Part shown: one piece after another, positions 50,669 to 61,210 of the stretch | How the letters are laid out: each line of letters starts with the position of its first letter | Numbering within the stretch: the first letter of the stretch is position 1 | Assembly: GCA_951406725.2 (NCBI GenBank) | Contig: OX597815.1 | Location: 35,546,001 to 35,608,000, forward strand | DNA length: 62,000 bases | Direction: 5' to 3' | Source of the DNA: Octopus vulgaris | Taxonomy: Eukaryota | The notes under the pieces: model-generated | Database searches by the model: none | The model's input: only the letters and a program-made list of their open reading frames with translations | What the model was told of the DNA's origin: nothing | Translations under genes and position numbers: made by a program

Positions 50669-51207
50669 GCATGCCATCAAAGTGACACTGGGGTAAAATA
50701 TACCAAGCCCAGTATAGCCATCATGACTACCTGTCTGATAAGGGTACACCAGGCACATGCATCATAACCATATGTGCGTGACATGGTGATCTCATATCAA
50801 GATAAACAGCACATGATCTTGCAGGTGAGGCCCAGTTAGAATTTTCTTCTGGTCGAGTAACCCATCCCTCTCAAAAGGTCACTGAATAAGGGTTGTTTAA
50901 GTATGTTGAATGAAACACCCATGCTTCCAGAGGTGAATTATTCAAACCCCAAAGAATCCCTCTCAACACATGGCTATGATGCTCCCCCACTACTTCTGCT
51001 CGTGATCAGAGATGCACATATCGTCAGCTACTAAGGGACATGCTCAACTGGTTACGGTCAAACAACTGACAAGCAAATCTGTGGTATTGAGCAGAACATT
51101 TGCTGTAGCCCATCTTTTATACCAAGACAAAACAATGTACATGATAACACTTCCAATCAGTTAAGATCAGAAGCCACCAGAGACACTGCCTGGTACTGCA
51201 TCAGGGC

Positions 51208-51210
<3 letters not shown>
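50669..51210 (-). mobile_element. ~540-bp non-coding element bounded by (TAA)n on both sides
   Basis: (ATT)n at 50598-50668 and (TAT)n at 51211-51279; interior of mixed composition without an ORF or clear A/B boxes. Confidence 0.55.
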
Positions 51211-51253
<43 letters not shown>

Positions 51254-51281
51254 GTTATTGTTATTATTATTATTATTATCT

Positions 51282-51545
51282 AAGGCAGCGATCTGGCAGA
51301 AACGTTAGCACGCCGGGCGAAATGCTTCGCGGTATTTCGTCTGCCGCTACGTTCCGAGTTCAAATTCCGCCGAGGTCGACTTTGCCTTTCATCCTTTCGG
51401 GCTCGATAAATTAAGTACCAGTTACGCACCGAGGACGTTGTAATCGACTTAATCCGTTTGTCTGTCCTTGTTTGTCCTCTTTGTGTTTAGCCCCTTGTGG
51501 ATAGTAAAGAAATAGGTATTTCGTCTGTCATCACGTTCTGAGTGG
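51282..51545 (+). mobile_element. SINE family A with long tail and the start of a second module
   Basis: aaggcagcgatctggcagaaacgttagcacgccgggcg...gtaaagaaataggtatttcgtctg. Confidence 0.9.
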
Positions 51546-52333
51546 CAATGTATAGGTATGAGTAAAAAAAGAAAAAAGAAAGAAAGTATAACTATACACT
51601 TCAGCAGGCAGGACAAGACACGTTTGTACTCGTTTTGTGGATTAGTTTGATATAACAAGAGGATGTGGAGAAATGGAATGATATAATTATCGATATGAAT
51701 CATTGTTGACGTCATTAGGAAAACTTAGCTTACACATATACACTAAAAAATTCAATAAAAATTACAATTCAGGCAATAAACTATAAATATGTACATTGTC
51801 ACAATCAGGTACACATACATATATACATATACATATACATAATTATATGCTGACGTAAACGTAGACATTACACAAATAAAAATGGTAATATAGCATTACA
51901 TCCTCAATATTTATGACCATCACACATATTCTTCTAAATCTCTGACGACCTTTCATGGTGATCATATATTTTTTTACATTCCAAAACTCGTCATCACAAA
52001 TCCGGGTTTTCTTTACAGACAGAAATTTTCACCTTGAACAGATAGACGTAATGTATAAATGGTTGATGTGATCATCACGCATTCACATTCTTGAGAGGCA
52101 GTCACTCACCACCAGCCACTGAAGGAGCCACGAAGTGGTCATTCGATGTGCTAGAGACAGTAGGTAAATCTCTCAGCTACAAACTATCGCCTTAAAAATA
52201 GGAATAACCACATTTCATAATGTAGTCCCCAACCGAAAAAAAAAGTAATAATAATAAACAAGATGTTATTTCATGGTTGGACTGGGCCTTTAAAAGTGGC
52301 GTTCCAGAACCAAGACATCCAAGGAAAGACCCC

Positions 52334-52334
<1 letters not shown>

Positions 52335-52407
<73 letters not shown>

Positions 52408-52410
52408 AAA
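52335..52410. repeat. (CT)n microsatellite
   Basis: Direct reading. Confidence 0.9.
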
Positions 52411-52690
52411 AAAACTCCCGCCCCCTTAAATTTTGAGAGGAGACTCCCTCTCCCTGATCCCAAAAGAAGTTTTATTGCTCCTTATGAAACTTCTGTCGGA
52501 GTTCCTGTAGTTGAAATGCCTAAGTCGACTGAGTTAAACAACAATTGGACTCTCGTTGAGCTGTTTCCACTTATACTCAGTGGTATCTACTAACTTAAAA
52601 AATGCATGCCTCCGAAACGTATTTCCTACACTCATCTCTCTTCGCGCATTCTAACAATGTCATAGCTCCCGGATTCTAAGCGCTTCGAAA
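52385..52690. repeat. Right arm of the inverted repeat
   Basis: Reverse complement of 50005-50330 with scattered substitutions and small indels. Confidence 0.85.
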
Positions 52691-52744
52691 CTTATAGCAA
52701 TATATTTGGAATGCAGGGGAAAGGGGAAAAGTTAGTTACCCACC

Positions 52745-53035
52745 CTTTTACTATTATTATCATTGTTACATTTCTCAAATTGATTGTATGTCGATATCTT
52801 TTGATCAGGAGCGAGTCATAACCATTGACCATGGGTCCTGTGAACTTTCTCATTCCAGTTACATTGACACAACTCTTCTCAAAATATTGGCTGTTCCAAG
52901 TAGTGCTGTTTTTCTGAAGTATCGGTGTTGATAGTGAATACAAGTTTGTCGAGCTACTTCTGAAATTAGTTTGTTACGGTTCCAAGTGCCCCTATTACAA
53001 GAGGTATAACCTCCACCTTCTACAGTTCCATAATA
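52745..53035 (-). mobile_element. R4/Dong-like LINE extreme 3' end
   Basis: (F)RKTALLGTANILRRVVSM* then a short UTR ending atgataataatag. Confidence 0.7.
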
Positions 53036-53945
53036 ATTATTATTCAGTAGTCTTATTTTAATCACGTACTTTCACTGCAATACCGAGCGCAACTCTGTGC
53101 TGTGGTTTGTTGTGATACTCTTATTTTTACAGTATTGAACGTGTTTTACGTAGGATGTGTGCGGTGCCTATTAGTGCTATTTTCTGTATGTTATATATAC
53201 TTGTTAATCCTGATATTTTTATTATGTATTTGTCTGAATATGCTTTTATCAAACCTAATGCACATGGCCTAGTGGTTAGAGCAGCGGTCGAGGGATCGCG
53301 GGTTCGAATCTCAGACCGGGTGATGTGTGTGTTTATGAGCAAAACACCTAAGCTCCACGCGGCTCCGGCAGAAGGTAATGGCGAACTTCTGCTGACTCTT
53401 TCGCCACAACTTTCTCTCACTCTTTCCTCCTGCATCTTGCAGCTGATCTACGACAGACCGGCGTCCCGTCCAGGTGGCGAACCTATTCGCTAAGGAAACC
53501 GGGAAACTGGCCCTTATGAGCCAGGCATGGCTTGAGAAGGAACAAACAATGCCTCGATTATGTGAGGAATTATTTCTGTTTTTAAACTCCACATTCGAGT
53601 TAGCTTTATTTCCAGAGTTTTGTATTTTGAAGAGAAACATTATCATCTGTTGGTATTGATCCATTGATTAGAAAGCACTTGTTTTCTTGTTGATCTCTGA
53701 CAACTATATCCGGCCTATTGGTCTTAATTTCTGGCATATCCCAGAGTATGGTTGCTTTCTCATTTTCTGTGACCTTTTCTTGTGTGTGCCTATAACATCT
53801 TTTTTCTGTTATTACTCCATAGAGTTGGCATAGCTTCCAGTGTATATAGATTATAACTCTGTTGTGTCTGAATATATTCCTTTTTAGTCAGACTGGGCAG
53901 CCAGAGACAATATGATTTATTGTTTCTTGTCCATCTCCACATATT
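53035..53945 (-). mobile_element. R4/Dong-like LINE 3' fragment interrupted by a SINE
   Basis: QETINHIVSGCP...KEYIQRHNRVIIYIHWKLC...EKVTENEKATILWDMP..TNRPDIVVRD...; after the SINE, LGLIKAYSDKYIIKISGLTSIYNIQKIALIGTAHILRKT; UTR ends aataataat. Confidence 0.85.
53262..53547 (+). mobile_element. tRNA-derived SINE related to family C
   Basis: A-box tggcctagtgg, B-box ggttcgaatctc; flanked by AATGC at 53257-53261 and 53548-53552 (likely TSD). Confidence 0.85.
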
Positions 53946-53965
53946 CTACAGTTACTTGTATTTCG

Positions 53966-54170
53966 GATCTTTTCCTTTTGATGGACGGAATTCAACACAA
54001 TTTCTAGTTAACTAAACAATTTGAAACTTCGTATACTGGTAGAATGTGTCAAAAGAAAACATTATTTTCACTTGGCTTTTTTGAGAAAATTGTAATTTGT
54101 AAGTTTAACGTAGTTTAATTCTTCGAATTTTAACCAATGAATTGCCAGTATTGAACTCCTAATGAATATA
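53966..54170 (+). mobile_element. Partial copy of the 786-1194 family
   Basis: Starts ggatctttttcc; contains gaaacttcgtatactggtagaatgtgtc...cttggcttttttgagaaaatt. Confidence 0.7.
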
Positions 54171-54217
54171 TAACAAATGCTGTATATTTGTTTAAATAAT
54201 CAAAAATGAAATACGTA

Positions 54218-55694
54218 GTAGGCGGCCTGGTGTGTGTTCGCTTTCGGGTTACGGTCTGTTATAATTTTTTTATCTGAAGTTTATAGTTGGATTGCCATTG
54301 ATTTTGTTGCAGGTTTTCCCTTTTGGGATCACTTTTTAAAAAAAATTATTTAAAACTGTTAGTGTCTTGCGACACATTGTTAGCTTTCACAGGCTTGTTT
54401 CCTGTTGGCTTCCCCCTTTGGTGGGTGAAGCGTTTACATTTTGTGTAGGATGTCCAACACAAAATGGATGACAACACATTTTACGAGCCCTGGGAGAGGA
54501 CTACACAAGTGATTCCGGTGACAGTACGGACGCGGCACGAAGAAGGATGAAACGTTACAACATCAAGCCTGAGGCAGACAAGAAGTTCCAGACATTTCTT
54601 CAGGGGAAGAGAGACAACGTGAGGCTAAATCCCACCAAGAAGGTGATGGAAGGAATTAAGAGAACAACAATTGTTTAAAGGACGCTATGTTTGAAGACCA
54701 GAAAAATAGAGATAGCGTCAATAGAGGACATTGAAAAGCATTAAAGCCTATTATGTATAAATTGGTGTACGTTAAGCGCGGAAGAAAGTTTGGAACGGTG
54801 GAGGCGCAGTTTGTGACTGAGAGCGATGCCATCATGCAAACAAGCAGATTAGCTCTTTTACCGTTATGTCTCAGCAAAAGAAAGACGAAAATAATGATAA
54901 ACGGGTTCGATCCGGAAATCAAACCAATGTGGCACCTGGCGGCGGCCTTCGCCAACATAAAAGAAGTGACTCTATTGGAGTTGGAAGAAAAAGGTACCCA
55001 GAACTGATGTGGAAGGGGCGTAAGAACAACAATCCAGGCCACACCAACAGATATTGATAGCATACCGGAGTTTGTTATCCTTCCCTATGATACAAGAGTG
55101 AAGGTCGCTGCTCAGGGCAGAGTACCAAAGTGCTTCGGATGTGGGCAGAAAGCCAGATGGAAGCAAGTATGAAGCAGGAGGAGGTGATGGTGGAGACAGA
55201 GAAAGACACACCGTCTACTTCAAGGGTTAAGGTTTTAGGGTTAAGGTTGTCATAAATAACAGTGACAAACAAAATATACACCGCCGGAAGTTCTTGTTGA
55301 CAAACAACAGCAGTAATTTTATTCAGCTGAATACACGTCATTGATTGGTTGAAATTACCGAAATACAAGAACTTTGACGTGAAATAACATCGTAAATATA
55401 AGTTTTTCTTAAAAATGCGAAGAGTAAAAGATATTTTATATGACACACATTCTACCAGTGTCCGAAGTTTGAAAGTGTTTAGTTACAAAAATTATTTTTT
55501 AACTCAGTAGGTCAAAAGATAAAGATCCAAAAAATGTTCAATGATGTTGCTTGGATGGTGGGGCACGGGTGACTATCATTTCACCTTTTCATTTATTAAT
55601 CATACATCTGCTCATTCGATTTTTTTTCGGCCCCATATGTAATGTCCTGTATTGTCCCCTCTTTGTTGGTTCCTTGTGGACAATAGAAAGAATG
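54218..55694 (+). mobile_element. Decayed L1/Tx1-type ORF1-bearing retroelement 1 (no RT seen)
   Basis: Broken ORF: ...YVKRGRKFGTVEAQFVTESDA (RRM-like)...INGFDPEIK...ILPYDTRVKVAAQGRVPKCFGCGQK (start of a zinc knuckle). 3' UTR 55530-55694 is homologous to 57785-57953. Confidence 0.7.
55220..55530 (-). mobile_element. Copy of the 786-1194 family inserted in element 1
   Basis: agggttaaggttttagggttaagg at the left; acacattctaccagtgtccgaagtttg internally; ends aagatcc. Confidence 0.7.
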
Positions 55695-55702
55695 AGTACG
55701 TA

Positions 55703-57953
55703 GCTGGTGGTTTGAGATATTCGTATCGGAGTTAATTTTGTCGTGTTATTTGTTAGACGTAAGTCACTTTGTTGAATATTTGTTGAAGGTCTCCCTTCGG
55801 CGGTGTACCCAAGATTATTGATTGTTACTATTGAAATTGTTGATTATTGTTATTTTTGAATTGTTATTTTTTTCCCCATTGTGGGAAAAATGGAGAAGGT
55901 GCCAACAGGAGGCCACAGCTATGCGGCTTCAACCGGTAGAGGAACAGAGGTTGATGCGCTGGAGTTGCAATAAGTAAAAGTCGAGCCAAAGAAAATGAAA
56001 GAATGTGAGAAATTGCTGGAAAAGGAAGGAAATACACTGAGACTAACGCCGCCTGCAGAACTTACAAGTAATGTAACCAAAAGGATAGTGAATTTATAAA
56101 ACACTGAAGGTAGCAAGCAGAAAGATCGAATTTGTAACAATCGAGGCTATTGAGGAATGGTTGAAGGAAATAAAGAGGCTGACCACGTTCATTAGCAAAG
56201 GAAGAAAGTACGGCACTGCGGAGGTGCGTTTCGCGACGGAGGATGAAGCGATTAAGCACTCCACAGTAGCCATAAGAACAGAGGAATGGGTACTTTTGCT
56301 GTCCTATTGTGGCAAGCGTGTTGCCAGAGTAAGAGTTAGCAAAGTGCCACCAGAGATAAAAGAAACATGGCTTATGGCAGCCATTATGTTTAATATGGAG
56401 GAGGAGGCCAAGATTCTCAAGGCCACAAGAACCAAAAGGGTGAACTATTGGGGATATGGCATAGAAATGGCCATTCAAGCGAATATAGAAGACCTCAATA
56501 GAATTGCGGAAGAAATAGTTCTGCCTGAGGACGTAAGGCTGCGAGTGGTGGTGAAAAAGGTCACATTACGGCGAGGTGCCCCCAGAGAGAACAACAGATG
56601 AAACAGACTGAGAAGCAACAAAGTGCAGACCAAGTGGTACAAGTCGAGGTAAAGGAGACAAGAACGGATGAAGAATTTACGGTAGTAAAAAAAAAAACGA
56701 AAGAGAAGTGATAGAGTAAGCTCTCCGTCAGCGAGGCAGAAAAAGAAGAAAGAAACGGTAGAGAAAGAAGTTATGAAGGAAGTCAGAAGGAAGGAAAATA
56801 AAATGGTGATTGACAAGGAGATCGAAAAGGAACTTGAAAAGGAGATCGAAGAGGAGTTTCAGAAGGAGGAGGATTCAGGAGAACAATTAAAAGGAAGGAA
56901 GGAAGCACTCCGTCGGTTACGACGATGAGGGTTCCGGTTGATCCGAATCAACGGAACAGCCTGCTCGTGAAATTAAAGTGTAAGTGGCTGAAAACTTCAC
57001 AGACACGTGTACCCTTAACGTAGTTCTCGGGGATATACAGCGTGTCACAGAGAGTGACAAGGCCGGCCCTTTGAAATACAGGTACAACAGAAACAGGAAG
57101 TAAGAGAAAGTTGTGGTGAAAGAGTACAGCAGGGATCACCACCATCCCTGCCTGAGCCTCGTGGAGCTTTAGGTGTTTTCGCTCAATAAACACTCACAAC
57201 GCCCGGTCTGGGAATCGAAACCGCGATCCTATGACCGCGAGTCCGCTGCCCTAACCACTGGGCCATTGCGCCTCCACGGAGAACAATTAAACGAGGGTGA
57301 AATGGAGAGATTATTCAGAATGGAAAGAGAAAAGGTACCAGCAGTGGAGCAGGAAAAGGGAAAGCAAGTAAGAAAGCCCCCAAAATATCGATGGAATTTT
57401 GTGACATAGGCGAAAAACAAGGAAACAGAACAGAAAATAATGAAATTTAAGTCTATCATAAGGGTGAAGCTGCCCATTGTTGTGTATTCGGAGAATGTGA
57501 AGGCCATTGTGGTCGACAGGGAGAAATACAACAGGCTAAGAGATGTGTGTGGAGAGGGAATTGATCCGCCAGGAGTAGCGGTGCAGTTCGATGGATTACC
57601 ACCAGTAGTGGAACTGAAAGATCTCGAACCTTTTATGAAATATTAAAAAAGGAAAAAAGTAAGTGAAATTGTTTATTTGAAAAAAAGAAAAGAAGTAAAA
57701 TTGTTTTATTTAAAAAAAAAAAAGAGAGAGAGAGAAACGATGATAATGGGAAAAAATAAAGGAAATTGAACGATTGTAAACAGTGTATTAAACGTTCAAA
57801 TGGTACTGCATGAGGAGTGGGGCCCATGCAGCCATTTCATTTTCATTATATATCTTCATTTTCATTCGCTTTGTTTTTGTCCCCACTGTGATGTTCTGTC
57901 TGTGACCTTGTAGTGCCCCCTCTGTGTTATGGCCGTAGAGTCAAATAAAGAAC
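55703..57953 (+). mobile_element. L1/Tx1-type ORF1-only retroelement 2 (HAL1-like), flanked by AGTACGTA
   Basis: ORF1 remnant from about 55890 including track ORF 56161..56601 (SKGRKYGTAEVRFATEDEA; RVRVSKVPPEIKE; LPEDVRLRVVV), a K/E-rich stretch, C-terminus 57440..57646, then an A-rich UTR and AATAAA. AGTACGTA at 55695-55702 and 57954-57961. Confidence 0.75.
56892..57277 (-). mobile_element. Full-length SINE family C with 14-bp TSD
   Basis: GGAGAACAATTAAA at 56878-56891 and 57278-57291; (GGAA)n tail; near-identical to 34202-34584. Confidence 0.93.
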
Positions 57954-58529
57954 AGTACGTATAAGCGGTCAAGAAAATAAATACATAATTAAAAACCGCC
58001 AGTCACATGGCATGTGTGAATTTCAGGTGTACTCGTCTGCTTTTTTTTTTTATATATATATTGTTGATTACCCCTTCTCCTTTCTGCTGTTGGTTGTGCC
58101 TCCTTCGCAGTTTACAGCTATTTGATCTTTGTTCCTATACCGGTGCTTGCGAAATAAGCAAACTACAAAACTTAATACACACCCACATCATACACAGAGG
58201 ACGAACTGACACATTACAAAGCCGATATGTTTTCCACTCCAACAATGTATCTACTCAACATTCGTCGAAAAAACAAACTACAAGATAAGACTATCTTATT
58301 TACATAGTTGCTTGATTACAGATACTAGGTTTGAGCTATGTTCTCTACAACCCACTCATGCACTGAATTTCCTCAATCTGGTTACAAATGATTTCCGCCA
58401 GAACAGACATTTTATCTATCAATCTTATCGCACCCGTTTCCTGATTATACCGATTGTTAAAGGATGTAAAATGTATTTTAATATACTGTCCAGGTAAAAA
58501 GTGGTGAACTGGCAGAATCTTTTCTACTC

Positions 58530-59030
58530 TAAGCACAAGACCCGGAATTTTGGGGAAGGGGGGCAGTCGATTAGATCGACCCCAGTACGCAACTGGTACT
58601 TAATTTATCGACTCCGAAAGGATGAAAGGCAAAGTCGACCTCCGCGGAATTTGAACTCAGGACATAAAGACAGACGAAATACCTATACAGAGGGGACAAA
58701 CAAGGACAGACAAACGGATTAAGTCGATTATATCGACCCCAGTGCGTAACTGGTACTTATATAATCGACCCCGAAAGGACGAAAGGCAAAGTCGACCTCG
58801 GCGGAATTTGAACTCAGAACGTAGCGGCAGACGAAATACCTATTTCTTTACTACACACAAGGGGCTAAACACAGAGAGGACAAACAAGGACAGACAAACA
58901 GATTAAGACGATTATATCGATCTCAGTGCGTAACTGGTACTTATTTAATCGACCCCGAAAGGATGAAAGGTAAAGTCGACCTCGGCAGAATTTGAACTCA
59001 GAACGTAGCGGCAGACGAAATACCGCTAAG
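58530..59030 (-). mobile_element. SINE family A with three tandem core modules
   Basis: cccgaaaggatgaaaggcaaagtcgacc-type core at about 58615, 58770 and 58955, separated by long-tail sequence. Confidence 0.85.
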
Positions 59031-59560
59031 CATTTCGTCTGTGTCTACGTGGAGTTCAAATTCCGTCGAATTCCATCCTTTTGGGATCGATGAAATAAGT
59101 ACCAGTTGAGTACTGGGGTCGAGTCAATCGAATTGCTCCCACCCACCCAAACTGCTGGCCTTGTGCCAAAATTTGAAACAAATATACTACCCAGGTAACG
59201 CGGCGAGCTGGCAGAACCGTTACGGCGCTGAGTAGAATGCTTAGCGGCATTTCGTCCGTCTTTATGTTCTGAGTTTAACTGCTGCCGGTGTCGACTTTGC
59301 CTTTCATCCTTTCGGAGTCGATAAAATAAGTACCAATTGAGTACTGGGGTCGATGTAATTGACTTATCCCTGAAATTGACAGCCTCGTGCCAAAATATGA
59401 AATCAATGCACTACCCAGGTGAAGCAGTGCCGGGTTGGCAGAATTAGTAGAGCATGGAAACAAAATGCTTTGTGGCATCTAATTGTGATTCTTTATGCTC
59501 TGAGTTCAAATTACACCGAAGTCAATTTTGATTTCTGTTCCTCCCGATCGATAAAATAAG
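59030..59560 (+). mobile_element. Three further SINE family A copies of increasing divergence
   Basis: Cores at about 59070, 59295 and 59530; the last two are each preceded by ctacccaggt. Confidence 0.7.
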
Positions 59561-60879
59561 GGCCAATAAAGTACAAAGATCAAAATACTCAATTATACCC
59601 AGCTCAACGCACTCAAAAAGTTTCTGACCTGGTGACAGCAATGCTAGAAATCAACAATAATTTGGAAAGAGTATGGTCAATGGAATCTGCGATTTGGCTT
59701 CAATTCTCAACCTACGCAGTCAATAAAGTCGAGAAAGAAAAGGCTTCAGGTAACTGACATGGACAGATCTCCATAGAAACCACATGTAGTTGATTACGAA
59801 TAAACAGCTCAAGCAGAAGCCAACTAATGCCTGTTGTCGATATGGCTTTTGAAACCGGAAACTAACTGGCAGATCCTTCAATTATTATATCAAACTAACT
59901 CTTTCTGAAAATGGTTACTCAGAGGAGGTCGTTTTAAGAATTTTCTGTATGTTAATCAATTTTGCTCCACTTGTTTTCAGTTGGGGTATGTTAGTCGCAA
60001 AAAGTGCTCTCATTACATCTGATTAGGTTACGTTTTCCATAATATAGGTTGTAGATGTTCCCAGATTAAGTTGGACATATGGAGTTCACTATCAGGTACT
60101 CACTGAAAGAGACTTAGAACATTGTAAATGGTTTATGACAACCCGTTGTCAAAGTGGGACGACTGGATGCAGCTGTTTTGGCGCTGGCCGTCTGGCACAG
60201 GAGTTTTAGCTCCAAATCCATTTTGTACCTGACTAGAGCTTCTCTCCGAACTCCAGGGAAATTTTGCTAAAAATGTAATTGGCTATTCCCAAACGTGTTA
60301 TAAATTGCAAGAATTTCATGTAAACTCTTCTAAATTGTTAATGTATACCTGACTTTATTTTCACAAATACAAAGTTTTTACATTATTTATCAAATGCATT
60401 AGAGATTACTACTGTATTTGATGGCAAATAAGACGCATTTTTTATTTCAAAAAATGTCTTAAAAAATTGCCTGTATATGGAGTTGGGCCCATAATACATG
60501 CTTAAATGCACTAAATTCTTTCTTTTTAAGACGCGCTACCGAAATTGAGATGCGTTTATGACCGTGCATCATCTATGCCATCAAATATGGTAAATTTTAT
60601 CTAATGCCAATTATGGTTTTCTCTCGCTTTCATTCGCATCACACCCTTTCACTTCGTCACAGGCCATTTTATGTACATAATACGAAAGATCACCGAAACT
60701 TGTATCAAATTACCCTTTTGGATTTAAAACTTTAATCCGCTTGACATTCTTTCGTTAAGAGTATATAAATTAGCCGACGACTTGTTCTCTACTTATATCT
60801 ATGAGAGTTCAAATGGTGTATGTACACAATGTGTCATTCATCTACTGTACTAGATATTATCATTTTATTTCATTTTCTG

Positions 60880-61210
60880 GTTTTTGAGGCGCAGGCCACT
60901 GCACGGGGTCTTGATTAAGTGTCTTCTGCTATAATCTCGGACCGACCAATGTTTTAAGAGTGAATTTGGTAAACGGAAACTGTGGAATCCCGTCGCAAAT
61001 ATATAGACATATGTATGTATAAGTATGTCTTTGTGATATATTCCAGTGATTGTCCCCACCACCATTGGTTGACAACTGGTGTTGGTGTGTTTGTCCTCGT
61101 AACTTAGTGGTTCGGCAAAAGAAATCGATATAAGTACCAGACTTTGAAAAATATGGTACCGGGGTCAGAGCGGCATCCCCACTGTAGTCCAGTGACGAAA
61201 ACAAGCCAAA
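60880..61210 (+). mobile_element. SINE family B (degenerate, head truncated)
   Basis: gtgtcttctgctataatctcggaccgacc...gtgaatttggtaaacggaaactg...gttcggcaaaagaaatcgata. Confidence 0.7.

Noticed and set aside
50985-51040. CUGACGA on the minus strand of the TAA-bounded element
   Set aside because: Followed by GAAG rather than GAAA, with no stem I complementarity; not a hammerhead.
58530-59030. Regularly spaced direct repeats resembling a CRISPR array
   Set aside because: The 'spacers' are themselves repeated SINE sequence, the context is eukaryotic, and there are no cas genes.
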